Source of the DNA: Myxococcales bacterium
GTDB lineage: Bacteria; Myxococcota_A; UBA9042; JABWCM01; BTVJ01
DNA length: 64,000 nt
Assembly: GCA_045863395.1 (NCBI GenBank)
Contig: BTVJ01000013.1
Location: 32,001-96,000 of the forward strand
Direction: 5' to 3'
Under the pieces are notes generated by a model. That model made no database searches and was not told the DNA's origin. It saw only the letters and a list, made by a program, of their open reading frames with translations. This document shows, piece after piece, positions 19,676 to 29,573 of this stretch. The stretch's first letter is position 1, and each line of letters opens with the position of its first letter. A program made the position numbers and the translations under genes.

Positions 19676-21418
19676 GTGAGACGGTATCGCATGGTGGTCG
19701 CGCTGACCTGGCTCGGTCTGGCGGCGTGCAACGACGGGGGATCCTCCGACCAGGGCAACGGTGGCATCGTCGACTCGGGAGCCGCCCAGGATGCGGCGAC
19801 CGATCTCGCCGCCGACGTCCCGACAGGCGGGGAGGACACCTCCGGACCGGACGCGAGCGACGAGGACGCCGGCGAGCTGCCGGACGCGGCCCCGGACGCG
19901 GCCCCCGACACGGCGGATGCAGCGCCCGACGTCGCGGCGGACACCGGCCCCGACCCGACCTCCTGCGTGGTCCTCGGGTGCGACACCAGCCAGGACACCG
20001 CCTGCCGCACCGCCAAGTGCGTCCCCGAGACCGGCAAGTGCATCCAGGCCTTCGAGCCGAGCGGCAAGCCGTGCAACGACGGGGACCCGGGCACAGAGAA
20101 CGACGCCTGCTACGACGGGGTGTGCAAGGGCCAGGTCGCAACGTGCGTCTGCAACGTGGACGCAGACTGCAAGAGCTACGACGACGGCAACCTGTGCAAC
20201 GGCATCTTCGTGTGCTCCGCGTGCAAGTGCGTTGTAGACCCGGGCTCCATCGTGGCCTGCGACACGTCCAGCGACGACCAGTGCAACGCGACGGTCTGCA
20301 AGCCGGCCACGGGCAAGTGCGAGAAGGCGCCGGCCCTCAATGGCACGTCGTGCGACGACGGCGACGTCTGCTCCAAGGGCGACAAGTGCACCGGAGGAGT
20401 GTGCGGGGGCAGCCTGCCAGCCGACCACTGCGCCTCCGACGCCGAGTGCGCCGCCTTCGACGACGGGGACGTCTGCAACGGCGTGTGGACCTGCCAGACG
20501 GACGGGCTCGGCTGCGGCCACTGCCTCTATGCGCCCGAGACGCTGGTGACCTGCGACACGGCGGGCCTCCCCCCGTGCGTCAAGGCCGAGTGCATCCCCG
20601 CGACCGGCGAGTGCGAGCAGCAGCCCGTGTTCAACGGCGCCTTCTGCAAGCTCGGCGATGGGAGCACGGGCAACTGCCTGAACGGGACGTGCCTGTCCAA
20701 GGCGCCCCCGTGCGTCTGCGAGTACCCGGGCGCGTGCGACGACGGAGACCCCTGCACTGCCGACACCTGCACCGGCTGCGCCTGCACGCACACGGCCATC
20801 GCCGGCTGCTGCACGTCGGACGCGAGCTGCGACGACCTGGATCCATGCACGACCGACCACTGCACCCCGTCGGGCTGCGCCTCCACGCCCGTCGCCTGCT
20901 ACATGACGGACCCGAGCTGTCCGAGCGCGACGGACATCGATCCCCTGTGCTGCGACGCCGTCGCGCAATGCGAGGACGGCCTGCCCTCGACCGCACACAC
21001 GTGTGTCGACCACCGCTGCGACGACTCGCTCGTCGAGTGTACCTGCACGACCGACCTCGACTGCGACGACGGGAACCTCTGCACCACCGAGACCTGCAAC
21101 GGCTGCGTGTGCGAGGTGGCCCCCATCGCTGGGTGCTGTGCGGGCGACGGCGACTGCGACGACGGCGACCCCTGCACGGTGGACGCCTGCGAGGCGGACA
21201 GCACGTGCTCACACACTCCGAGCGGCGTCCCCCTGTGCTGCGCCACCTCCTCGGACTGCGGGGGCACGCTCGTGTGCTGGGCCGGCACCTGCGCGCTGAA
21301 GCCGAGCTGCGCCGACGGGTGCAAGACGCCCGCCGACTGCAACGACGGCGACCCCTGGACCCTGGACACCTGCGCGACCGGACCCCAGGGCTGTGGCGTG
21401 TGCCACCACACCAAGTAG
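19676..21418 (+). CDS. Cys-rich repeat lipoprotein
   Basis: GGAGG then GTG; lipobox LAAC, PDA-rich stalk, repeated CDDGxxCTxDxC/CC units. Confidence 0.82.
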   Translation: MRRYRMVVALTWLGLAACNDGGSSDQGNGGIVDSGAAQDAATDLAADVPTGGEDTSGPDASDEDAGELPDAAPDAAPDTADAAPDVAADTGPDPTSCVVLGCDTSQDTACRTAKCVPETGKCIQAFEPSGKPCNDGDPGTENDACYDGVCKGQVATCVCNVDADCKSYDDGNLCNGIFVCSACKCVVDPGSIVACDTSSDDQCNATVCKPATGKCEKAPALNGTSCDDGDVCSKGDKCTGGVCGGSLPADHCASDAECAAFDDGDVCNGVWTCQTDGLGCGHCLYAPETLVTCDTAGLPPCVKAECIPATGECEQQPVFNGAFCKLGDGSTGNCLNGTCLSKAPPCVCEYPGACDDGDPCTADTCTGCACTHTAIAGCCTSDASCDDLDPCTTDHCTPSGCASTPVACYMTDPSCPSATDIDPLCCDAVAQCEDGLPSTAHTCVDHRCDDSLVECTCTTDLDCDDGNLCTTETCNGCVCEVAPIAGCCAGDGDCDDGDPCTVDACEADSTCSHTPSGVPLCCATSSDCGGTLVCWAGTCALKPSCADGCKTPADCNDGDPWTLDTCATGPQGCGVCHHTK

Positions 21419-21526
21419 CCTGAGCGCTTCGGAGCCGGAGCTCGCGAGGCGATCTGGGAGAGCGACGCGGTTGCGGCCGCCCCCCGTTCGCGGAACCCTT
21501 GGCCGGCCGACTCTCCGGAGGGCGAC

Positions 21527-23599
21527 ATGAGCACGAAGACCACCTACCTCTGCCCGCACTGCAACCTGTCCTTCGACCTGGCAGACGGAGAGCCGGAGCG
21601 CTGCCCCAAGTGCCTGCGCCGGAGCGGGGTGGCCCCGGTCAGCGCCCTCGCGGACGGACCCTCCCGGCCCCGGCGAATCGGCGGGCGCCAGGTCGTGGTC
21701 CTGACCCTGGTCGTGGGCGCCTTGATCGCGGGCCTCGTCGTGTTCCTCGTGGGGCGAGGCAAGAAGGGCGCCCCCCTGCACGCGCTGGCAGGGGACAGCG
21801 GCCTCTCGGCGGAGCTGGCAGCGGCGGGCATCGCCCCGGACGCCGCGCCGGACCCGCTGGCGGCCGGGGAGGCGGTGCGGGCCCTCGCGGCATCCCTGGA
21901 CGCCGAGGGCAGCGACCACCGCGCACGAGCCGAGAGCCTCCTCGCATCGGTCCGTGGCCTGACGCGGAGCGGCGCCCTCACTCTGGAGCCCTTCGGAGAC
22001 CGGCCGCCAGCGAGCGCCCCCACCACCGCCGAGGAGCTGGCCGCGACGAAGGGCGCCGCCGACCCGTGGGAGATGGCGGCGCTCTTCCACGCAGTGGCCC
22101 GCGCCAAGGGCATCGACGTGCGCCTCGCCGAGCGGACCACGACGCGCAACGCCGCGACCAGCATCCGGCGGAAGGAGCTCGGCGTCCTGGCGGGCCCCGA
22201 AGGCGATGCTCGCTTCCTGGACCCGTGGAACGGCGTCACGGATCAGGCAGCCGGCGCGCGCCCGCTGACACCGGGACAGTTCGTGGCCTACGGGCTCGGC
22301 CTGCGGGCCCTGTGGGCGCAGGGGCGGGGCGACAAGGCGGCGGCCGCGGAGGACGCCGCGAACGCCCTCAAGCTCTTCCCGGACAGCCCGGCGATCCTCT
22401 TCTTGAAGGGGCAGCTCGAGCTGGAGGCAGGGGGCGGCGACATCGGCCTCCAGAGCATGGAGAAGGCCGTCTCGAGCGCCCCGGACGGCCTCGGGTGGTA
22501 CAACCTCGGCGCCGCCTACGCCAGAAATGAGAGCAACTTCAAGGCGTTCCAGGCGTTTCAGCGAGCGGTGGAGGTGGACCCGCGCTACGCCCCGGCCCAC
22601 CTGGCCATCGGCAACATGGAGCTGATCCGCGCGGCCCAGGCGCCCGAGGATCAGGTGGCGGAGCGCCTCAAGGGCGCCGAGGACGCCTTCACCAAGGCGA
22701 AGGAGGCCGACCCCAACGTCTCGGGCCTGGCGGTGTCCGAGGCGCAGCTCCTCCTGATGCGCGAGAAGCCCGAGGAGGCCCAAGCGCGCCTCCGGAAGGC
22801 CATCGAGGAGCAGCCCAAGGAGCCGGATCCCTATGTGATGCTGGGGCAGATGCTCTTCGACGGGGACGAGCGGGAGGAGGGGCTGACCCTCATCGAGAGG
22901 GGCGCGCTGCTCGCCCCGGAGCGCCCTGAGCTGCGCCACGTGCTCCCCGGCGCCTACGCGACCACCCAGGACTGGAAGCGCGCCGTGCAGACGTGGCGCT
23001 CGCTGCTCGCGGCCGCCCCGGAGGCCCGGGACGTGCGGCTCCACCTGGCGACGGCGCTGCGGGAAAGCGGCGACCGCACCGCGTCGCGCACCATCCTGGA
23101 AGAGCAGGTCCAGCGGTTCCCCGACGACACCCTGTCCAAGTCGCTGCTGGCGCAGCTCCTGCTGAACGCGAAGGAGCTCCAGCCTGCCATCGCCCTGCTG
23201 CGGGACGTGACGGCGCGCGAGGGCAGCCTGGAGGCGCGCATCCTCCTCTACTACGCACTCCGGCAGGCGGGCGAGGCGGACGCCGACGCCGTGCTCGACC
23301 AGATCGCCGCGAGGCACGAGGACGGGCGCCTCGTGACCGCCCAGGTGCTGCTGGAGCAGGGGGCCGTGCCCCTCGCCATCGACGTGCTGCGCGGCGCCCT
23401 GGAGAAGGACGCCGCCGACCACCGGCCCGCAGTCATGCTGGCGACGGCGCTGCGCGCGACGGGAAAGGCCGACGAGGCCGCCAGGGTGCGAGCCGACGCC
23501 GTCGCCCGCGCCCCGGAGGACAAGCGCGCGGCCATCGAGGGGGAGTTCGATGAGGCGTTCCAGCAGATCGACGCCATGACGCGGCCGGAGTCGCCGTGA
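21527..23599 (+). CDS. Zinc-ribbon + TM + TPR repeat protein
   Basis: CPHC...CPKC N-terminus, one TM helix, multiple TPR-like helices (WYNLGAAY, AHLAIGNM, YVMLGQML). Confidence 0.8.
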   Translation: MSTKTTYLCPHCNLSFDLADGEPERCPKCLRRSGVAPVSALADGPSRPRRIGGRQVVVLTLVVGALIAGLVVFLVGRGKKGAPLHALAGDSGLSAELAAAGIAPDAAPDPLAAGEAVRALAASLDAEGSDHRARAESLLASVRGLTRSGALTLEPFGDRPPASAPTTAEELAATKGAADPWEMAALFHAVARAKGIDVRLAERTTTRNAATSIRRKELGVLAGPEGDARFLDPWNGVTDQAAGARPLTPGQFVAYGLGLRALWAQGRGDKAAAAEDAANALKLFPDSPAILFLKGQLELEAGGGDIGLQSMEKAVSSAPDGLGWYNLGAAYARNESNFKAFQAFQRAVEVDPRYAPAHLAIGNMELIRAAQAPEDQVAERLKGAEDAFTKAKEADPNVSGLAVSEAQLLLMREKPEEAQARLRKAIEEQPKEPDPYVMLGQMLFDGDEREEGLTLIERGALLAPERPELRHVLPGAYATTQDWKRAVQTWRSLLAAAPEARDVRLHLATALRESGDRTASRTILEEQVQRFPDDTLSKSLLAQLLLNAKELQPAIALLRDVTAREGSLEARILLYYALRQAGEADADAVLDQIAARHEDGRLVTAQVLLEQGAVPLAIDVLRGALEKDAADHRPAVMLATALRATGKADEAARVRADAVARAPEDKRAAIEGEFDEAFQQIDAMTRPESP

Positions 23600-24225
23600 A
23601 CGACTTCCGCGCGGCCGTCGCGGACGGCGCCGCCGCCCTGGGCGTGCCCGTGGACGCCGCCGCGCTCGACCGCATGGCGATCCATCAGGTGACCCTCGCG
23701 CGGTGGGCTCCCCGGGTGAACCTGGTGGCCGACGCGAGCCCGGCGGCGACGGCCGAGCGCCACTTCGTCGACTCCCTGGCGCTGCTCCGCCTGCTCGACC
23801 ACCTGGACGCGCCGATCACGGACATCGGGGCGGGCGCGGGCTTCCCGGGCCTCGTCCTGGCGGCTGCGCGCCCGAGGCCGGTGACCCTCGTCGAGCCCCT
23901 CCAGAGGCGGTCCGCCTTCCTTGCGACGGCCGCGGCCGCCATGGGCCTGCGGGTCCGGGTGCGCACCGAGCGCCTGGAGGCCCTGCCCGACGCCTCGGAG
24001 ACGCTGCTCGTGTCTCGGGCCACCCTGCCCCACCGGGAGTGGCTCGTCGCCGCAGCGCGGGTCGTGGCGCCTGGGGGCTGGGTGGTGTGGATGGGCACTC
24101 CGGGGGCGGACGCGCCGGAGCCGGGCCCCGACCTGGCCGAGGCGGCGCGGGACACCTTCAGCCTCCCGAGCGGCGCGCCCCGGCTGAACGTGCTTTACCG
24201 GTCGTTGCGACCCGCACGGGGCTGA
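23596..24225 (+). CDS. rsmG: 16S rRNA m7G527 methyltransferase
   Basis: VNLV...ERHFVDSL, DIGAGAGFPG, LVEP..RR.AFL, VSRA motifs; GTGA overlap with the upstream stop. Confidence 0.88.
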   Translation: MNDFRAAVADGAAALGVPVDAAALDRMAIHQVTLARWAPRVNLVADASPAATAERHFVDSLALLRLLDHLDAPITDIGAGAGFPGLVLAAARPRPVTLVEPLQRRSAFLATAAAAMGLRVRVRTERLEALPDASETLLVSRATLPHREWLVAAARVVAPGGWVVWMGTPGADAPEPGPDLAEAARDTFSLPSGAPRLNVLYRSLRPARG

Positions 24226-24272
24226 TCTATCCTTCGGCTCGCAGAGCGCAGACACGAGGACGGGCGAGGCGC

Positions 24273-25223
24273 ATGGCGGACAACCTCCACAAGTTCCTGG
24301 GAGCCTACTCCATCCTGAACACCATCGCCGAGGGGGGCATGGGCTCGGTGTTCCTGGCCGAGCAGCACGGGGCGATGGGCTTCTCCAAGACGGTCGCCAT
24401 CAAGATGGTGCTGAAGGACCTGGTGGACGACCCCATGTTCCGGGATCTGTTCGTCAGCGAGGCCAAGCTGACGGCCGACCTGATCCACGAGAACATCACC
24501 CAGGTCTACCAGCTCATCGACATGGCCGGGTCGCTGGCAATCGTCATGGAGTACGTGCACGGCGTCACGCTGGACGACATCAACGACCGCCTGGACGAGG
24601 TGGACGACTACCTGCCGCCGGACATCGCCGCCTTCCTGGTCAGCCGGGTCGCCCGCGCCCTGGCCTACGCCCACACGAAGACCAGCCGCGACGGCCGCCC
24701 GCTCGGGGTCGTCCACCGGGACGTGACGCCTCCCAACATCCTGGTCAACTGGCAGGGGGTGGTGAAGCTGTCGGACTTCGGCATCGCCAAGGCGGCCACG
24801 CGTCGCGGCCCCGACGAGCGGAGCCACCTGATCGGCAAGATCCCGTACCTGTCGCCGGAGCAGGCGCGCATGGAGGGCGCTGACGCCCGCAGCGACATCT
24901 ACGCGCTCGGGCTCGTCTTCTACGAGGCGCTCACCGGGCGCGCCGCCTTCAACGCCGAGACGGTGGAGGAGGTGGTCGGCATGCACGAGCGCAACGTGAT
25001 CACCAGCGTGCGCAAGTACAACCCGGACATCCCGAAGCAGCTCGAAGACATCCTGCTCCGGATGCTCGCCTACCACCCGCGGAACCGCTACCAGACGGCG
25101 GCGGAGGTCACGCTGTCGCTGGAGACCTACCTCTACCACGACCGCTACGGGCCGACCAACGAGAAGCTCCGCGACTACCTGGCAGGGCTCTTCCCCGAGA
25201 AGGACCGCGCTCGCATCGTGTAG
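24273..25223 (+). CDS. Hanks-type Ser/Thr protein kinase (cytoplasmic, kinase domain only)
   Basis: IAEGGMGSV, VAIK, HRDVTPPN, DFG, YLSPEQ, SDIYALG all intact. Confidence 0.93.
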   Translation: MADNLHKFLGAYSILNTIAEGGMGSVFLAEQHGAMGFSKTVAIKMVLKDLVDDPMFRDLFVSEAKLTADLIHENITQVYQLIDMAGSLAIVMEYVHGVTLDDINDRLDEVDDYLPPDIAAFLVSRVARALAYAHTKTSRDGRPLGVVHRDVTPPNILVNWQGVVKLSDFGIAKAATRRGPDERSHLIGKIPYLSPEQARMEGADARSDIYALGLVFYEALTGRAAFNAETVEEVVGMHERNVITSVRKYNPDIPKQLEDILLRMLAYHPRNRYQTAAEVTLSLETYLYHDRYGPTNEKLRDYLAGLFPEKDRARIV

Positions 25224-26740
25224 AGCATGAGCAGGACGACGATGGCGGCCGATCCCCACAGGAAGACGTCGCCGAACTGCCTGTAGAAGCTCCAGACCGA
25301 GCGGATCTCTACTGAACCGCGCAAGATGGCCATCTCATAGACGCCCGTGCGCCCCGTGATCTCGCCCGTCGCGTCCACGAAGGCGCTGACGCCGCTGTTG
25401 GTGGAGCGGATGAGCGGGATGCGCTGCTCCACGGCGCGGGTCACCTGGACCATGAGGTGCAGCTCGGGCGCGGCGGTGCGGCCGAACCACACGTCGTTGG
25501 TCAGGTTCAGGATGGCGTCGGCCCGCGGCTCCACGTTGGCGGCGTCGCGCACGAAGCCGGGGAAGATCGCCTCGTAGCAGATGGTGGGCAGCAGCGACCG
25601 GCCAGCCACCACGAAGGGCACGTGCCGCTCGCCGGCCACGAAGTCGCTGACGTTCTTCACGGCGTTTCGCAGCGAGGGGAAGGTGTCTGACAGGGGCATG
25701 AACTCGCCGAAGGGCACGAGCCGGCGCTTGTCATAGATGAGCGGCGGACCGCGATCCACGAAGACGGCCGCGTTGCGCACCCGGTCGTCGTCGCCCACCA
25801 TCAGCGAGCCGAAGACCACGGGTACCCCGGAGCTGCGAATCTCGTGCATGAAGCGGCGCCCGAAGTGGATCTTGATCGGCTCCCCCTCGGCCGGCGCGAT
25901 GCGCTCAACGTTCGGCACGAAGTAGAACGGGAAGCCCCCCTCCGGCAGCACGACCAGGTCCAGCGGCTCGCCCCGCACCTCCCGCAGCAGGTTCACCGAT
26001 TTGTCGTACAGCACCTGCCGGGCCATGCCCTTGAGGTCGCCCTTCTCCTCGCCGGTCATGAAGGGCTGGAGCAGCGCGACCCGCAGGGTGGCCTCGGGAG
26101 CGCTGCCGCGGATCGACGCGATGCGCCACGCGCCGTAGCCCGCGACCGCGACCATCACGCCCGCCAGGACGGCGACGGGGGGAAGTGCGGCGCGCCACCC
26201 CCGGTCCCGGCGGCGCACCGACGCGTCGACCAGGGCTGCAGCGGCGCCGTAGCACAGGGCCGACAGGCCGTAGATGCCGATCAGGTCCGCCACCTGCGTC
26301 AACGTGATGGTGCGGTAGAGCGCGTTGCCCAGGTACCAGGGAAACAAGTGCGGGAACAGGGCCTCGACCACCGCCGCCGTGATGGCGACCGCGAAGGGCC
26401 AGGCGCGCCCCGTATGGAGACGGACCGGCTCCACGGCCAGCGCGATGAAGCCCTGGCAGAGCCCGTGGGCGAGAGAGAACGCGAGGAGCACCAGCGCCGC
26501 GAGCCACGGGGGCAGGCTGCTCATGATGCGCGCCGTGTCGTAGATCCAGGTGTAGACGCCTGCGTGCAGCACGAAGCCGGCGAGCCAGCCTGCGAAGAAG
26601 CGGTCCCGAGGTCGCCTGTCGCGGAGGACCAGGAACAGCGGCACGTAGGCCACGAGGGCGAGCGGCCAGAGCGAGAACTCCGGGAAGGCCAGGGTGCCGA
26701 GGGTTCCGGTGAGCGCGGCGGCGAGCAGGATGCGTCCCAT
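25175..26740 (-). CDS. lnt: Apolipoprotein N-acyltransferase
   Basis: N-terminal TMs, VLPE, YDKRRLVPFGEFMP, ICYEAIF, LTNDVWFG, RSTNSGVS. Confidence 0.93.
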   Translation of the reverse strand: MGRILLAAALTGTLGTLAFPEFSLWPLALVAYVPLFLVLRDRRPRDRFFAGWLAGFVLHAGVYTWIYDTARIMSSLPPWLAALVLLAFSLAHGLCQGFIALAVEPVRLHTGRAWPFAVAITAAVVEALFPHLFPWYLGNALYRTITLTQVADLIGIYGLSALCYGAAAALVDASVRRRDRGWRAALPPVAVLAGVMVAVAGYGAWRIASIRGSAPEATLRVALLQPFMTGEEKGDLKGMARQVLYDKSVNLLREVRGEPLDLVVLPEGGFPFYFVPNVERIAPAEGEPIKIHFGRRFMHEIRSSGVPVVFGSLMVGDDDRVRNAAVFVDRGPPLIYDKRRLVPFGEFMPLSDTFPSLRNAVKNVSDFVAGERHVPFVVAGRSLLPTICYEAIFPGFVRDAANVEPRADAILNLTNDVWFGRTAAPELHLMVQVTRAVEQRIPLIRSTNSGVSAFVDATGEITGRTGVYEMAILRGSVEIRSVWSFYRQFGDVFLWGSAAIVVLLMLYTMRARSFSGKSPAR

Positions 26741-26813
26741 GGGCGCAACCCACTATCAGATTTCGCCACGCGGGACCATTGCCAGCGGAGCGGAACGGCG
26801 CGATGCTCCCCGA

Positions 26814-26842
26814 TTGACTTGCTGCGGGGGCCGAAGTAGGTT
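26814..26842 (+). promoter_or_regulatory. Sigma70-type promoter of pgk-tpiA-secG
   Basis: TTGACT-17 bp-TAGGTT. Confidence 0.65.
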
Positions 26843-26905
26843 ACGCGCCCTTTCGTCTGCTTCGGGACCACCGTGCGTGACGGGGCGCAACGAGGAGGTG
26901 CGACG

Positions 26906-28117
26906 ATGAGCCGGCCGTTCAAGACCATCGACGACATCGAGGTCGAGGGGAAGCGCGTGTTCGTGCGGGTGGACTTCAACGTCCCTCTCGACGGGGACCG
27001 CACCATCACGGACGACTCGCGCATCCAGGCGTCGCTCCCCACGCTGCGGCAGCTCCGTGACCGCGGGGCGCGGCTGGTGCTGGCGAGCCACCTGGGGCGC
27101 CCGAAGGGCAAGCGCAAGCCCGAGCTGAGCCTGGAGCCGGCGGGGGCCCGCCTCGCAGAGCTCATGGACCAGGAGGTCCTGTTCCCCGACGACTGCATCG
27201 GGGACGGACCCAAGAAGCTCGTCCAGAACCTGCGTGACGGCCAGATCCTGCTGCTCGAGAACCTCCGCTTCCACCCGGAGGAGGAGGCCGGCGACGACAC
27301 CTTCGCTCGCCACCTGGCGTCCTTCGCCGACCTCTACGTCAACGATGCCTTCGGCACCGCGCACAGGGCGCATGCGTCGGTCACCGGCGTGCCCAAGCAC
27401 CTGCCGGACAAGGCGGCGGGGCTGCTGATGGCCCGGGAGCTGGACTACCTGTCCCGCCTGCTGAAGGGCCCCGAGGCGCCCTTCGTGCTGGTGCTCGGCG
27501 GCGCCAAGGTCAGCGACAAGATCGGGGTGCTCGAGAACATGCTGTCGCGGGTCCAGGCCATCGTGGTCGGTGGCGCCATGAGCTACACGTTCCTCGCGGC
27601 GCGAGGCGTGGCGCTGGGGGCCTCGCGGGTCGAGGTGGACAAGGTGCAGCTCGCCGAGCGCATCCTCCACAAGGCGGAGGCGCGCGGAATTCCGCTCGTG
27701 CTGCCGGTGGACCACCTGGTCGTCAAGGTGGTGGACGCCGCGTCCCCGGCCCGCGTGGTCAAGAACGGCGAGCTGGAGCCGGACGACATCGCGGTGGACA
27801 TCGGCCCCGCCACGGCCGCGGCGTTCTGCGACCACATCGGCGCTGCCCGGACCATCTTCTGGAACGGCCCCATGGGCATCTTCGAGATGGACGCCTTCGC
27901 CAAGGGCACGGAGACGGTCGCTCACGCCATCGCCAAGGGCAACGCGCTGAGCGTGGTGGGCGGCGGCGACAGCGTGGCCGCCGTGCGCAAGACGGGCGTC
28001 ACGCCGTTCATCAGCCACATCTCGACGGGGGGCGGCGCCTCCCTGGAGCTGCTGGAGGGCCAGGACCTCCCGGGCGTGGCGGCGCTGCGCATCGGCCGCC
28101 ACGGGCAGGAGGGCTGA
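26906..28117 (+). CDS. pgk: Phosphoglycerate kinase
   Basis: RVDFNVP, SHLGRP, LLENLRF, NDAFGTAHRAHAS, GGAKVSDK, HISTGGGASLE. Confidence 0.98.
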   Translation: MSRPFKTIDDIEVEGKRVFVRVDFNVPLDGDRTITDDSRIQASLPTLRQLRDRGARLVLASHLGRPKGKRKPELSLEPAGARLAELMDQEVLFPDDCIGDGPKKLVQNLRDGQILLLENLRFHPEEEAGDDTFARHLASFADLYVNDAFGTAHRAHASVTGVPKHLPDKAAGLLMARELDYLSRLLKGPEAPFVLVLGGAKVSDKIGVLENMLSRVQAIVVGGAMSYTFLAARGVALGASRVEVDKVQLAERILHKAEARGIPLVLPVDHLVVKVVDAASPARVVKNGELEPDDIAVDIGPATAAAFCDHIGAARTIFWNGPMGIFEMDAFAKGTETVAHAIAKGNALSVVGGGDSVAAVRKTGVTPFISHISTGGGASLELLEGQDLPGVAALRIGRHGQEG

Positions 28118-28120
28118 CGG

Positions 28121-28873
<753 letters not shown>

Positions 28874-28913
28874 AAGACAGCGACCCGACAGTGGGCGCCC
28901 CGGAGGACCAAGC

Positions 28914-29363
28914 ATGTTCTACACGTTCATCGTCATCGTGCACATCGGCGTGTGCGCCTTCCTGATCCTCACCGTGCTGCTCCAGGCCGGCAAGGGCGGC
29001 GGCATGGGGGCGCTCGGCGGCGGCGGCAGCGCCACCGTCTTCGGCGGCCGCGGCGCGAGCACCTTCCTCAGCAAGCTCACGTCTGCCTCTGCGGCGACGT
29101 TCATGGTGCTGGCCATCGTCCTCGCGCGTATGAGCCTCGACACCAGCGCCATCGACGTCGACAAGGCCAACGTCACCGAGACGGTCGGCGAAGGCGCAGA
29201 AGGCGCAGCGGGAGCGGCACCAGCAGAGGGGGCGCCCGCCGAGGGAGCACCCGCCGAGGCGCCGACCCCCGCGCCCACCGAGGCGGCCCCGACCCCCGCG
29301 CCCACCGAGGCGGCCCCGACCCTCGCGCCCACCGAGGCGGCGCCCACGCCTCCGTCCGAGTAG
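28914..29363 (+). CDS. secG: Preprotein translocase subunit SecG with Ala/Pro/Thr-rich tail
   Basis: VLLQAGKGGGMG...FGGRGA..FLSKLT; conserved position after tpiA. Confidence 0.93.
   Translation: MFYTFIVIVHIGVCAFLILTVLLQAGKGGGMGALGGGGSATVFGGRGASTFLSKLTSASAATFMVLAIVLARMSLDTSAIDVDKANVTETVGEGAEGAAGAAPAEGAPAEGAPAEAPTPAPTEAAPTPAPTEAAPTLAPTEAAPTPPSE
29262..29342 (+). repeat. 27-bp tandem repeat x3 in the secG tail (PTPAPTEAA)
   Basis: CCGACCCCCGCGCCCACCGAGGCGGCC repeated with minor variants. Confidence 0.85.
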
Positions 29364-29431
29364 GGCGCCTCATGCCGCACCGCGGCGCATCCCCGACGCT
29401 GCGCCGGTGGCCTGCACGATGAGAGTTTCTG

Positions 29432-29460
29432 TTGACAAGGCGCATGATGCGACCTATAAA
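29432..29460 (+). promoter_or_regulatory. Near-consensus sigma70 promoter of tRNA-Leu
   Basis: TTGACA-17 bp-TATAAA. Confidence 0.85.
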
Positions 29461-29485
29461 CCGGGCACTTCCGGGCGTCCGGACT

Positions 29486-29573
29486 GCGAGAATGGTGAAA
29501 TTGGTAGACACGCAAGGTTGAGGGCCTTGTGGCCATTGCGGCCGTGGGGGTTCGAGTCCCCCTTCTCGCACCA
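29486..29573 (+). tRNA. tRNA-Leu (anticodon GAG)
   Basis: Acceptor GCGAGAA/TTCTCGC + A-CCA; D-loop AAATTGGTAGA; anticodon stem CAAGG/CCTTG with loop TTGAGGG; long variable arm; T-arm GGGGG-TTCGAGT-CCCCC. Confidence 0.96.
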
